Positions 17,302 through 26,446 are shown, counted from the stretch's first letter. The stretch: 33,076 bases of DNA from Nitrospinae bacterium RIFCSPLOWO2_12_FULL_45_22 (GCA_001803565.1 MHDQ01000189.1:1-33076), one strand, 5' to 3'. The notes: a model not told the origin generated them from the letters alone. A program made the numbers and translations.

Positions 17302-18627
17302 GTGACGTTGTCTACTAAGTACCTAAAGGCATTAGATGAGTTAGAGCTGATCCGCACTTATGGTAAAGTGACTAAAGTGGTAGGGTTAGTCATAGAAGGA
17401 TATGGACCTGGATCGGCCATAGGCCAGATATGTTCTATCCAGCCCCAGGGGGAATGCAACGCTATCCTGGCAGAAGTAGTAGGGTTTCGGGAAAACAGAA
17501 ACTTGCTGATGCCCCTGGGTGAAGCGAAAGGGCTTAGCCCAGGTAGCCGGATAGTGAGTAACGGACATATGTCCCGGATAAAAGTGGGGGAGGGGCTCCT
17601 GGGCCAGGTAATTGATGCCCTGGGAAACCCAATAATACCAGATGATAAAAGCCCTTTAGTTTTAGAAGAAACTCAACCTCTCTACTTACCCCCTATAAGT
17701 CCATTAGCCAGGGAGAGGATAAAAGAGCCGCTACCTTTAGGGTTAAAGGCAATTGATGGCTTCCTTACCTGTGGTAAAGGGCAGCGGCTGGGTATCTTTT
17801 CTGGTAGTGGTGTAGGGAAGAGTACCTTACTGGGTATGATTGCCCGTAATACCGCCGCAGACATCAATATCATAGGCCTTATAGGCGAACGAGGTCGAGA
17901 AGTAAGGGAGTTTATAGAGAAAGACTTAGGAGATGAGGGGTTGAAACGCTCAGTGGTTGTAGTAGCTACATCTGACCAGCCCTCCTTAATAAGGGTACGG
18001 GCAGCCTTTGTCGCTACTGCTATAGCAGAATATTTTCGAGACCGAGGCGCCCAGGTACTACTTATGATGGATTCTTTAACCCGTTTTGCGATGGCCCAGA
18101 GAGAGATAGGATTGGCTATGGGAGAACCACCTGCTACCAAGGCCTATACACCATCGGTATTTGCCCTTCTACCTAAACTACTGGAAAGGGCTGGTCCAAC
18201 TATTAATAATGGGACTATAACCGGGCTATATACCGTACTGGTGGAAGGAGATGATATGAATGAACCCATTGCTGATGCAGCCCGGGCTGTATTGGATGGT
18301 CATATAGTACTTACCAGGGAGTTAGCTAACAAAAACCATTATCCGGCTGTAGATATCCTTAAAAGTATAAGCCGGCTTATGATAGACATTGTCTCTAAAG
18401 GGCATTGGAATAGTGCCCAGCGGTTGAAAAGTATATTGGCAACCTATAAAGAGGCTGAGGACTTGATAAATATAGGGGCTTATGTTTCAGGCAGTAACCC
18501 TAAGATTGATTATGCCATTAGTATGATAGACCAGATTAATAATTATCTGGTTCAAGATATCCAGGAGAAGGTAAATTTTGCCCATGTCTTGGAGGGGTTA
18601 TTCAGGCTCCTAGAACCAAAACCATAA
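17302..18627 (+). CDS. fliI: Flagellar export ATPase FliI
   Basis: GSGVGKSTLLGM Walker A, LIGERGREV, MDSLTRFAMAQRE and DGHIVL; GTG start. Confidence 0.97.
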   Translation: MTLSTKYLKALDELELIRTYGKVTKVVGLVIEGYGPGSAIGQICSIQPQGECNAILAEVVGFRENRNLLMPLGEAKGLSPGSRIVSNGHMSRIKVGEGLLGQVIDALGNPIIPDDKSPLVLEETQPLYLPPISPLARERIKEPLPLGLKAIDGFLTCGKGQRLGIFSGSGVGKSTLLGMIARNTAADINIIGLIGERGREVREFIEKDLGDEGLKRSVVVVATSDQPSLIRVRAAFVATAIAEYFRDRGAQVLLMMDSLTRFAMAQREIGLAMGEPPATKAYTPSVFALLPKLLERAGPTINNGTITGLYTVLVEGDDMNEPIADAARAVLDGHIVLTRELANKNHYPAVDILKSISRLMIDIVSKGHWNSAQRLKSILATYKEAEDLINIGAYVSGSNPKIDYAISMIDQINNYLVQDIQEKVNFAHVLEGLFRLLEPKP

Positions 18628-18700
18628 CCCGTTTTCGTCATTAGTTACTGGCCAACGACTAATTTAATCGTATAGGAATTTTCATTTAATAAAGAGTTTT

Positions 18701-19129
18701 ATGAAATTGGGAAAATTACTCCAATACCGTAAATGGAAAGAAGAGTGGTCGAAGAAGGAATTAGCTACAAAAAAACAGCTATTGGCTATAGAAGCCGATA
18801 AACTGCGGGCCTTAGAGAAAAGGAAGGCCGAGGGGCAGAATGACTTCCTCCAATGGCAGCAAGGGAATATTTCTCCTGTAATGCTAGAGCTCTATGGCAA
18901 TTTTATCACGGGCATCACATATAAGTGCCGAATGCAGGGCAGTGTGGTGGAGAAAGCGGAAGCACAAGCAGAAGAAAGACGGCTGGAATTATTAAAACGT
19001 TCGCAAGAGAAGAAAATTATAGAAAAGCTTAAGGAAAAGCAAGAAGAAGAGGCTAGAAAGACCCAGGATAAGATGGAGCAGCAATTTTTGGACGAGATCA
19101 GCCTCCAATCTCGGTTATTGGGTGATTAG
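18701..19129 (+). CDS. fliJ: Flagellar export protein FliJ
   Basis: Coiled coil directly after fliI; LLQYRK..EE, QEKKIIEKLKEK and EQQFLDEI. Confidence 0.85.
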   Translation: MKLGKLLQYRKWKEEWSKKELATKKQLLAIEADKLRALEKRKAEGQNDFLQWQQGNISPVMLELYGNFITGITYKCRMQGSVVEKAEAQAEERRLELLKRSQEKKIIEKLKEKQEEEARKTQDKMEQQFLDEISLQSRLLGD

Positions 19130-19184
19130 GTTATTGGGTCACTCAATGACCAAATAACCCAATGACCATACGCGTCTCTGCGGT
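19113..19184. repeat. Inverted array of 8-nt repeats (GGTNATTR / YAATNACC) plus an orphan CTCTGCGGT arm
   Basis: GGTTATTG GGTGATTA GGTTATTG GGTCA...CAATGACC AAATAACC CAATGACC; overlaps the fliJ stop. Confidence 0.75.
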
Positions 19185-19232
19185 TATGAATAATGCTTGA
19201 TAAAAATTAAGCATACATAATGCGGGATAACT

Positions 19233-19799
19233 ATGATAACTATTATGAGAGAAGTCATGAGTAATTTTGTGTTATTTCTTATTTTTTGTTGGCTCACCCT
19301 TGGATCAGCTATATCAGCTCCAACCCAGGACGCAACTTCCTCCCAGGAAGAAGCGCTCCGAAGCGTAGGCCCCTCCGGGCCGGAGGCCGAGATACCTGAG
19401 GTATTGGCAGAGGGGAAAAAGGCCCTCTCTCGTAAAGAGGAGGTACTTAAGGCTAAAGAAGCCCAATTAAAAATTATGGAGCAAGATATTCTGGAAAAGG
19501 TCCAGGAATTAAAAAAGCTTAAAAAAGACCTGGCTAAAGCGGCCGATCTCCAGAAAATAGAAGACCCAAAAAGAGAAGAGGAATTAACCAGATTAGCCAG
19601 GGTTTATGAGGCTGCTCCTCCGGAGCAAGCAGCTCAGCTTTTAGGGAAGCTGGATATAAAGCTAGCTGCTCAGATCCTCATGCGTATAGATACAAGAAAG
19701 GCAGGTAAGATCTGGGGGTATGTAGAACCTATCCAAGGGGCAAAGATTAGCGCAGAAATAGGAAAGGGGGTTAGCTTGTATGAAGGAGGTAGAGAATAA
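19233..19799 (+). CDS. MotE/FlbB-like periplasmic protein (MgtE N-terminal-like domain)
   Basis: Signal-like N-terminus, coiled coil and LARVYEAAPPEQAAQLLGKLD..LAAQIL..IDTRKAGKI; canonical position after fliJ. Confidence 0.8.
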   Translation: MITIMREVMSNFVLFLIFCWLTLGSAISAPTQDATSSQEEALRSVGPSGPEAEIPEVLAEGKKALSRKEEVLKAKEAQLKIMEQDILEKVQELKKLKKDLAKAADLQKIEDPKREEELTRLARVYEAAPPEQAAQLLGKLDIKLAAQILMRIDTRKAGKIWGYVEPIQGAKISAEIGKGVSLYEGGRE

Positions 19800-20286
19800 G
19801 GAGATTAAACCGCTAAAGCAATCTGTCAAAGGTGGTGGGAGGATTAGAGGGTTAATTGTTGCACTGGTAATCCTAATATTGGCGAGTACCGTTATTTTCG
19901 CGGGTTTCAAATTCCTTAAGGCAAGAGACCCCTCTGCCGCGGCTGAAGGAGAGAAAGGCTCCCAAAAAGCCAAGGCCGACAATGTTGGCCCTGTGCTTTC
20001 TCTTGATCCCTTCATTGCCAATCTTGCTGATAATAATGAGAATAAATATTTGAAGATCACCATTGAGATGGAGTTAGAGAAGGAGGAGGTCTTAAGAGAA
20101 CTAGAGAAAAGGTCAGGGCAAATCAGGGATACTATCCTGACCCTGCTGACCAGTAAGACCTTTGATGAAATCAAAGATGTCCCGGGGAAGTTTAAACTCC
20201 GGGAACAGATTGCTAAAAGGATAAATACTCTGCTTAATTCGGGCAAAATACGCCAGGTATATTTCACCGAATTTGTCATTCAATAA
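19780..20286 (+). CDS. fliL: Flagellar basal body-associated protein FliL
   Basis: Single TM, LDPFIANLAD...YLK, QIRD.IL.LL.SKT and VYFTEFVIQ. Confidence 0.95.
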   Translation: MKEVENKEIKPLKQSVKGGGRIRGLIVALVILILASTVIFAGFKFLKARDPSAAAEGEKGSQKAKADNVGPVLSLDPFIANLADNNENKYLKITIEMELEKEEVLRELEKRSGQIRDTILTLLTSKTFDEIKDVPGKFKLREQIAKRINTLLNSGKIRQVYFTEFVIQ

Positions 20287-20298
20287 ACTAATTTCCTT

Positions 20299-20460
20299 AT
20301 TTGGACGCAGATGAACGCAGAAAATCAGGATTTAAGTTATCGCCATGGGTCACTGGTCATTAATCAATGACCAATTACTAATGGCCAATGACTTAATATT
20401 ATCTGCGTGAATCTGCGTCCTAAATATGATTTAAGAACTAACTACAGAGGACCCAGAGGA
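20299..20460. repeat. Nested inverted-repeat elements (9-nt arms enclosing 7-nt arms) plus an orphan arm
   Basis: GGACGCAGATGAACGCAGA ... TCTGCGTGAATCTGCGTCC encloses GGTCACTGGTCATT / AATGACCAATTACTAATGGCCAATGAC; ACTACAGAGGACCCAGAGGA follows at 20441. Confidence 0.75.
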
Positions 20461-20479
20461 ATAGCTAAGGAGTTTAAAT

Positions 20480-21475
20480 ATGGAGAATCTCCTTTCCCAA
20501 GAAGAAGTTGATGCCTTATTGAGGGGTATAACCGAAGGAGAGATAAAGACAGAAACAGTCAAAGAAGGGCCTATCTCTGGCGTCCGGTTTTACGACCTTA
20601 CGAGCCAGGACCGGATAATCAGGGGCCGTTTGCCTACTCTGGAAACCATCCATCACCGCTTCTGCTACTTGTTCCGCAGTACCTTATCTACTATACTGCG
20701 GCGGATAGTAGATGTAAGCGCGGCCTCTATCGAAATGATTAAATTTGCCGATTTCCTAAAGGCTATCCCAGTCCCTGCCAGCTTCCATATCTTCCGGTTA
20801 AAGCCCCTCCGAGGTGTAGCCATAATGGTTCTAGAGAGTAAACTTATCTTTTCTCTTATAGATTGCTTCTTTGGTGGGGAAGGCTATTCCAGCACAAAAG
20901 TTGAAGGCCGAGATTTTACTGAGATAGAACAAAGGATAATAGAAAAGGTGGCTAAAGGGGCGTTAAGGGACCTAGAGGTAGCCTGGAGACCCGTCCATTC
21001 CTTGACTATCCAATGGGATCGTTCTGAGATAAATCCCCAATTTATTAATATTGTCCCTCCCAGTGAGGCAGTTATAGTGGCATCATTTGAACTTGAAATA
21101 GAGGGATACCGGGGGTTGATGACCCTTTGTATACCTTACTCGACTATTGAACCCATCAGGAGAGAGCTTCAAACCGGTTTTCAGAGTGACCGTTTGGAAG
21201 TTGATCAGGCATGGATAGACCGACTAACAGGGTTATTAAAGGAGGTGAAACTGAATGTTGCAGTAGAGTTAGGCCAGGTAGAACTACGCCTTAGTGAGAT
21301 GGTCAATTTACGCCCGGGCGATATTATCCAGTTAGATAAGGACGCAGATGAAGAATTGGTCGTTAAAATTGATGGAGTACCTAAATTTAAGGGTTGTCCG
21401 GGGCTCTTGAAAGGTAATAAGGCCATTCAGATATCTTCAGTGATATATAAAGAAATGGAGAGTAGCCATGGTTAA
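20480..21475 (+). CDS. fliM: Flagellar motor switch protein FliM
   Basis: LLSQEEVDALL CheY-binding motif, YDLTSQDRIIRGRLPTLE, FFGG, EGRDFTEIE, E.NPQF and C-terminal SpoA domain. Confidence 0.97.
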   Translation: MENLLSQEEVDALLRGITEGEIKTETVKEGPISGVRFYDLTSQDRIIRGRLPTLETIHHRFCYLFRSTLSTILRRIVDVSAASIEMIKFADFLKAIPVPASFHIFRLKPLRGVAIMVLESKLIFSLIDCFFGGEGYSSTKVEGRDFTEIEQRIIEKVAKGALRDLEVAWRPVHSLTIQWDRSEINPQFINIVPPSEAVIVASFELEIEGYRGLMTLCIPYSTIEPIRRELQTGFQSDRLEVDQAWIDRLTGLLKEVKLNVAVELGQVELRLSEMVNLRPGDIIQLDKDADEELVVKIDGVPKFKGCPGLLKGNKAIQISSVIYKEMESSHG

Positions 21476-21923
21476 AAATGCTGTTGGTGAGGTAAATCAA
21501 ACAAAAGATTCGGATGAGATGCTTTCCTGGGAAGATGTGGAGCAAGACTTAGCCCGGCAGAAAGAGATGATCCAAGAAAGTGCTCAAAATAGGGTTAAAG
21601 ACCCATCTTTTGATAGCTTCAAAGACGAGGGGAAAATCCGTACCTCCCACAAGCTAGATTTTATCCTGGATATACCCCTCCAAATTACGGTAGAACTAGG
21701 ACGTACTAGTCTCCTGGTCAATGACCTTTTACAACTGGGACAAGGCTCTGTCATTGAGTTGAACAAGCTGGTAGGAGAACCTCTAGACGTCCTGATTAAT
21801 GGTAAAGAAGTGGCCAGGGGAGAAGTGGTAGTAATTAATGAAAAATTTGGCATTCGCTTGACCGACATAATAGACCCCCTGGAAAGGGTTAAGCAGCTTC
21901 GTTCATCATTCACTTCTCACTAG
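21468..21923 (+). CDS. fliN: Flagellar motor switch protein FliN
   Basis: LDFILDIPLQITVELGRT...GSVIEL..LVGEPLD...GEVVVINEKFGIR. Confidence 0.96.
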   Translation: MVKNAVGEVNQTKDSDEMLSWEDVEQDLARQKEMIQESAQNRVKDPSFDSFKDEGKIRTSHKLDFILDIPLQITVELGRTSLLVNDLLQLGQGSVIELNKLVGEPLDVLINGKEVARGEVVVINEKFGIRLTDIIDPLERVKQLRSSFTSH

Positions 21924-21941
21924 AAGGGGGAGGAAATTGAT

Positions 21942-22322
21942 ATGCCCGATTCAAAGATGAAGATCCTAACGGTTGACGATTTTTCTACTATGAGGCGAAT
22001 AATAAAAAATCTCCTCAGGCAATTGGGTTACACCAATATTTTGGAGGCAGAAGATGGCATAAGCGCCTTGGCCCAACTAAAACAAGGAAAGGTAGACTTA
22101 GTTATTGCCGATTGGAATATGCCCAACATGGATGGATTAGAGCTCCTCAAGATTATGAGAAACAACCAGGAATTAAAAGATATACCGGTGTTAATGATTA
22201 CGGCAGAGGGGATAAAAGAAAAGGTGATTCATGCCGTCAAGGCCGGGGTGAATAATTATATCGTGAAACCTTTTACTGCCGAGACTTTGAAAGAAAAGAT
22301 TGATAAAATTTTTACTAAATAG
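21942..22322 (+). CDS. cheY: Chemotaxis response regulator CheY
   Basis: VDDFSTMRRIIKNLL, DWNMPNMDGLELL, MITAE and YIVKPFTA. Confidence 0.97.
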   Translation: MPDSKMKILTVDDFSTMRRIIKNLLRQLGYTNILEAEDGISALAQLKQGKVDLVIADWNMPNMDGLELLKIMRNNQELKDIPVLMITAEGIKEKVIHAVKAGVNNYIVKPFTAETLKEKIDKIFTK

Positions 22323-22333
22323 GGGAGTGAAAG

Positions 22334-23014
22334 ATGGCAAGAGAAAAAGGAAGAAAAAAAACTTCTTCTGTACAAGACCTTATTGAATTAGCTAAATCCG
22401 TGGCCGAGGGAGATTTTTATCGGGAGGTAAGTATTGCTTTACGGGGAGAACTATCCCGACTGGCTGATTATATAAATAAAACCAGAAAGAACTTGCAACT
22501 CCTAGACCCACCCCTCAGGGAAAGCGCGGAAAAAATCCCGGTGGCATCTTGTCAATTAACGGATATTTTTGCCGCTACTGAAGAGGCTACCCATAAAATA
22601 TTATCTTTAACGGAGGAGATGCTGGATGATCAAAACCAAGTTGGTTCCCTTATAGATAAAATACAGACCCTCATCGGTAATGCGCCAAATAATGGAGAAC
22701 CCACATCACTCCTGGATCAAATAAATAATGTCAATCTCACTAATGAAACGAGATTAATAGATATAATGACTACTCTATCCTTTCAAGATATCACCGGACA
22801 GAAGATAAAAAAGATCGTAAAGTTAATAGATGAAATAGAGACAAGGCTACTGGAAATCATAGTTGCATTTGGCATCAAAGTGGACAAAGCGAAAGAGCCC
22901 GACGCCGGTCAAAGAGCTACGGAATGGTTAAATAAACTTAAAGATTCTTCGGGATCAAATGGTACGAAACAGGATTTAGTAGATCAAATATTGGCAGAGT
23001 TCAGCCCTGACTAA
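22334..23014 (+). CDS. cheZ: CheZ-family phosphatase with HAMP-like N-terminal segment
   Basis: ATEEAT, LSFQDITGQ (DxxxQ) and C-terminal QDLVDQILAEF CheY-binding helix; follows cheY. Confidence 0.88.
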   Translation: MAREKGRKKTSSVQDLIELAKSVAEGDFYREVSIALRGELSRLADYINKTRKNLQLLDPPLRESAEKIPVASCQLTDIFAATEEATHKILSLTEEMLDDQNQVGSLIDKIQTLIGNAPNNGEPTSLLDQINNVNLTNETRLIDIMTTLSFQDITGQKIKKIVKLIDEIETRLLEIIVAFGIKVDKAKEPDAGQRATEWLNKLKDSSGSNGTKQDLVDQILAEFSPD

Positions 23015-23025
23015 CTGCAAGGGAT

Positions 23026-23084
23026 CAGGTATCAGGGGTCAGGGTTCAGCATTCTGATTTCTTTACCCTGACCCCTGATACCTG
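23026..23084. repeat. Perfect 20-bp inverted repeat built of 7-nt units (possible terminator)
   Basis: CAGGTATCAGGGGTCAGGGT / ACCCTGACCCCTGATACCTG, followed by TTTT. Confidence 0.85.
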
Positions 23085-23104
23085 TTTTACTGAGGGATGG
23101 AGCG

Positions 23105-25006
23105 ATGAGAGAATATATCCTTATGCTACTAGACCCTAACGAAGCCGTTCGCAAAGAGGCGATAGAGCAATTGGGCATTCTGGGCACTCCCCAAGCGGTC
23201 GAACCCATAGTCCAGACATTACAGGATCAGAGTAAGGGTGTACAGCAGGCCGCTATGGATGCCTTAATTAACATAGGAGGGAAAGATACTATACTCTACC
23301 TCTTACCCCTCCTTAAGGCTGGAGACGCCGCTTTGAGAAATATGGCGATTGAGGTCTTAACTGAAATTGGCAACCAAGCCCTTGATCTGGTTATCCCTTT
23401 TCTTAAAGACCCGGACGAGGATGTCAGAAAATTTATAGCTGATATTCTAGGTATGCTGGGAGACAGTCGGGCAGTTAAACCATTGCTCGAAGCCATGGCG
23501 GATAATAATCCTAATGTACGCAGCTCTATAATCACCAGCCTCGGTTTATTAAAGGATAAACGGACACTGAAGGCATTGCTAAAGGCATTGGACGATGAAG
23601 AATGGGTAAAATTCTCTGCTGTAGAGGCATTAGCCCAAATGGGTGACCCAAGGGGGGTAAAGCCCTTATTAGGGCTTATGGAGGTCAAGGAAGACCCCAT
23701 CTGCTATGCCGTAGTTGATGCCCTGGGTAAATTAGGCGATAGGCGGGCTTTAAGGCCTTTGCTGGCAAGATTAAAGTCAGCCCCAAGGCCCCTTCAAAAT
23801 GTTATCATCAAAGCCATAGTGAATATTTCAGAGGAGATGGGCTGTTATCCATTCTCAGCGCCAGAGAAGGAGAATCTGGTGCGCTATCTTGTATCAGGCA
23901 TTAGAAGTGATGATCCAGAGATTCAGACTTATTGCCTTAAGGGATTGAGTGAGATAGGTAACCACAGTTGTGTAAAGTCTTTATTAAAATATGCCAATAC
24001 TTTAAACCCAGATGACGAGAGTTGGGAATTAGTAGCCACTGCCCTGAGAAATATTGGTTCTGTTCATCCCCTGATATGCCATTTGAAGACCACGGACGAA
24101 CCCTTAATATCCCTCATTATTAAGGTATTAGGAGACTTAGCCGATAAGCGAGCTACGCTACCCCTGGTTAGGATTTATGAGCGGCTGACGGATTCCAGCC
24201 AGCAGGCCCTGATAATGGCATTGGGAAAGATTCAAGACCCCCGGGCAGTGAAATTATTGCTCCAGGCCCTTAAGGACAAGGATGGACATGTAAGGGCTGA
24301 AGCGGCAAAGTCCCTTGGCGTAATTAAAAAACCCACTGCCATTCCGGCGTTAATCGCCCTTATTAAGCATGACCCTTACCCCGATGTACGCGAGGCAGCC
24401 CTACAATCTTTAACCCGTTTTCCCAAATATTTATCCCTACCCGGGATAAAGGAGCTGCTACAACAGCCTGAGCCCGGGATAAGAGAACTTGCTATTAAAG
24501 GACTTAGTTATTTAAAGACTGGTAAGAACTCTGGGGCCGCAGAATACTTAGAAGACCTTTTGCGGGCTTTAGCAGACCCAGAGAGCCGACTCCGAAAGAT
24601 CGGCATAGGTGCTTTAAAGGATTATCCGGCTGAGAAGGTCTTAAAGCCATTAACTACTGCCTTGGCGGACAAAGATGATCAAGTCAGGATTGCCGCGGTT
24701 ATATCTTTATCAGAACTAAAGGACAAAAGGACTATCAAGCTATTAATCTCTGCCCTAGAAGATAATAACCTATGGGTGCGCTATCAGGCAGCCGAGGGTT
24801 TAGGAAAGTTAAAGGCTAGAGAGGGCGTTAGGCCATTGCTTAACCTCTTACAAAGAGAGGGAGGCCCCCACCAAATAGCGGCTATTAGAGCCCTGAGTTC
24901 TATAGCCGATACCAGAGCTATAAAAGCCCTTGGCCAGATGCGCCAGCATGAAGACCCTGAAATCAGACAAGCAGCAATAAAAGCCCTTAAAAAACTTGAT
25001 AGGTAA
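23105..25006 (+). CDS. HEAT/PBS-lyase repeat protein (chemotaxis-cluster associated)
   Basis: Repeated L.D....VR..A..ALG..GD.RAV..LL units over 633 aa; adjacent to cheR. Confidence 0.9.
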   Translation: MREYILMLLDPNEAVRKEAIEQLGILGTPQAVEPIVQTLQDQSKGVQQAAMDALINIGGKDTILYLLPLLKAGDAALRNMAIEVLTEIGNQALDLVIPFLKDPDEDVRKFIADILGMLGDSRAVKPLLEAMADNNPNVRSSIITSLGLLKDKRTLKALLKALDDEEWVKFSAVEALAQMGDPRGVKPLLGLMEVKEDPICYAVVDALGKLGDRRALRPLLARLKSAPRPLQNVIIKAIVNISEEMGCYPFSAPEKENLVRYLVSGIRSDDPEIQTYCLKGLSEIGNHSCVKSLLKYANTLNPDDESWELVATALRNIGSVHPLICHLKTTDEPLISLIIKVLGDLADKRATLPLVRIYERLTDSSQQALIMALGKIQDPRAVKLLLQALKDKDGHVRAEAAKSLGVIKKPTAIPALIALIKHDPYPDVREAALQSLTRFPKYLSLPGIKELLQQPEPGIRELAIKGLSYLKTGKNSGAAEYLEDLLRALADPESRLRKIGIGALKDYPAEKVLKPLTTALADKDDQVRIAAVISLSELKDKRTIKLLISALEDNNLWVRYQAAEGLGKLKAREGVRPLLNLLQREGGPHQIAAIRALSSIADTRAIKALGQMRQHEDPEIRQAAIKALKKLDR

Positions 25007-25148
25007 TTGGGTTATTAGGTAACCTGGGTTATTGGGTAACTGGGTCATTAGGTGATTAGGTAATTGGGTCATTAGGTGATTAAGTGATTAGGGTATTCGA
25101 TCTCTTTAGTTACCCAATAACCCAATAACCCAATAACCTAATAACCCA
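25000..25148. repeat. Inverted arrays of 8-nt tandem repeats (TRGGTNAT / ATAACCYA)
   Basis: About 11 left units and about 5 right units separated by a short spacer. Confidence 0.85.
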
Positions 25149-25997
25149 ATGGAGAAGCAGATGTCCCTTGGTAATGAGACCTTTCGCCTGCTCAGGGATA
25201 TGATTTATGAACAGAGTGGGATATTTTTTCCGGAGTCCAAAAAATACTTACTGGAAAACCGGCTGAGGCGACGGCTCGAGGAGAGGAATTGTCAGACCTT
25301 TGAGGACTACTATTACTTCCTTAAATATGACCCAGGCCGAGAGGGAGAATTTCTTTGCTTATTTGACGTAGTTACTACCAATGAGACCAGTTTCTTTCGG
25401 GACCCAGGCCAATTGATGGCCTTTGAAAATGGAGTACTACATACCCTGGTAAAAGAAAAAGAGACAAGAGGGGAAAAGAGGTTAAGGTTTTGGAGTGCTG
25501 GCTGTTCCACTGGTGAAGAGCCCTACACCCTTGCTATTATTATTAAAGAAAGACAGGAACAGCTAAAAAATTGGACAGTAGAAATTATGGCCAGTGACAT
25601 TAGTGAAGGGGTACTCCAGTCTGCTAAAAGGGCTATCTACAACCAGAATGCTATTAGGAATACCCCTCCTGCTATCCTTACCAGATACTTTCGGAATAGT
25701 GGCGGTAATTATGCAGTAAAGGAGGAGGTTAAGAATCTAGTACGGTTCTATCGGTTAAATCTATTTGATCAGGCCAGGGTTAGGGCCGTAAGAGGAATGG
25801 ATGTGGTGTTTTGCCGAAATGTCCTGATCTACTTTGAGGATAAAGCCAAGAAACACGTAGTGTCATGGTTCTATGACAGTTTGAATCCCGGTGGTTATTT
25901 GTTTTTAGGCCATGCAGAATCCCTCTATAATATCTCCCGGGCTTTTAAGCTGGTCAATTTTGATGGTAGGCCAGTCTATAAGAAAGAGGCGGTGTGA
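25149..25997 (+). CDS. cheR: Chemotaxis methyltransferase CheR (true start may be ATG 25161)
   Basis: TTNETSFFRD, WSAGCSTGEEPYTLA, ASDIS, FCRNVLIYF and LGHAESL. GGAG precedes the second ATG. Confidence 0.96.
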   Translation: MEKQMSLGNETFRLLRDMIYEQSGIFFPESKKYLLENRLRRRLEERNCQTFEDYYYFLKYDPGREGEFLCLFDVVTTNETSFFRDPGQLMAFENGVLHTLVKEKETRGEKRLRFWSAGCSTGEEPYTLAIIIKERQEQLKNWTVEIMASDISEGVLQSAKRAIYNQNAIRNTPPAILTRYFRNSGGNYAVKEEVKNLVRFYRLNLFDQARVRAVRGMDVVFCRNVLIYFEDKAKKHVVSWFYDSLNPGGYLFLGHAESLYNISRAFKLVNFDGRPVYKKEAV

Positions 25998-25999
25998 AT

Positions 26000-26371
26000 A
26001 TGTCTAAGCATATATTGATAGTGGATGATTGTCGCACTACAAGAAAACTGCTTATCTATTCATTAAAAGATACACATTATCAGATAACTGTGGCCAGTAA
26101 TGGCATAGAAGCTTTAGAAAAAATGGCATCTTGCCCGGTAGACTTGGTCATTACTGATCTTAACATGCCCAAGATGGATGGTTTAGAACTGGTGCGGGCC
26201 CTCAGAGGGGAAACTCTCTATAATCATATCCCTATCATAATGTTGACTACCGAGGGGAAAGAAGAAGAGAAAAAGAAGGGATTAGCTTCTGGAGCTAATC
26301 GTTACTTAGTAAAGCCCGTATCCAGGGAGGTTTTGCATAACCAAATAAAAGAACTCCTTCGCGGAAAATGA
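26000..26371 (+). CDS. Single-domain CheY-like response regulator
   Basis: ILIVDD, ITDLNMPKMDG, MLTTE and YLVKP. The ORF track starts at GTG 25994. Confidence 0.9.
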   Translation: MSKHILIVDDCRTTRKLLIYSLKDTHYQITVASNGIEALEKMASCPVDLVITDLNMPKMDGLELVRALRGETLYNHIPIIMLTTEGKEEEKKKGLASGANRYLVKPVSREVLHNQIKELLRGK

Positions 26372-26376
26372 TTGTT

Positions 26377-26446
26377 ACTGGGTCATTAGGTTATTGAGTT
26401 ATTGGGTTACAGGATTCCCCTAATAACCTAATAACCTAATAACCTA
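26377..26446. repeat. Inverted arrays of 8-nt tandem repeats
   Basis: ACTGGGTC ATTAGGTT ATTGAGTT ATTGGGTT ... (CCTAATAA)x3; same family as 19113 and 25000. Confidence 0.85.

Noticed and set aside
19193-19214. Palindrome ATGCTTGAT-AAAA-ATTAAGCAT upstream of the motE-like gene
   Set aside because: Single AT-rich occurrence, and the TTGATA/CATAAT spacing (13 nt) is wrong for a promoter, so no function can be assigned.
19662-20279. 205-aa antisense ORF over fliL, and other antisense ORFs across the operon
   Set aside because: They mirror well-supported genes and have no motifs of their own.
13667-21923. Non-flagellar injectisome (T3SS)
   Set aside because: The proteins are flagellar-type (FliG, FliM with CheY site, FliL), and there is no secretin, needle or SctRSTUV in the window.
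25000-25148. Possible CRISPR array
   Set aside because: The 8-nt units are contiguous, with no unique spacers and no cas genes; this is an inverted tandem array.
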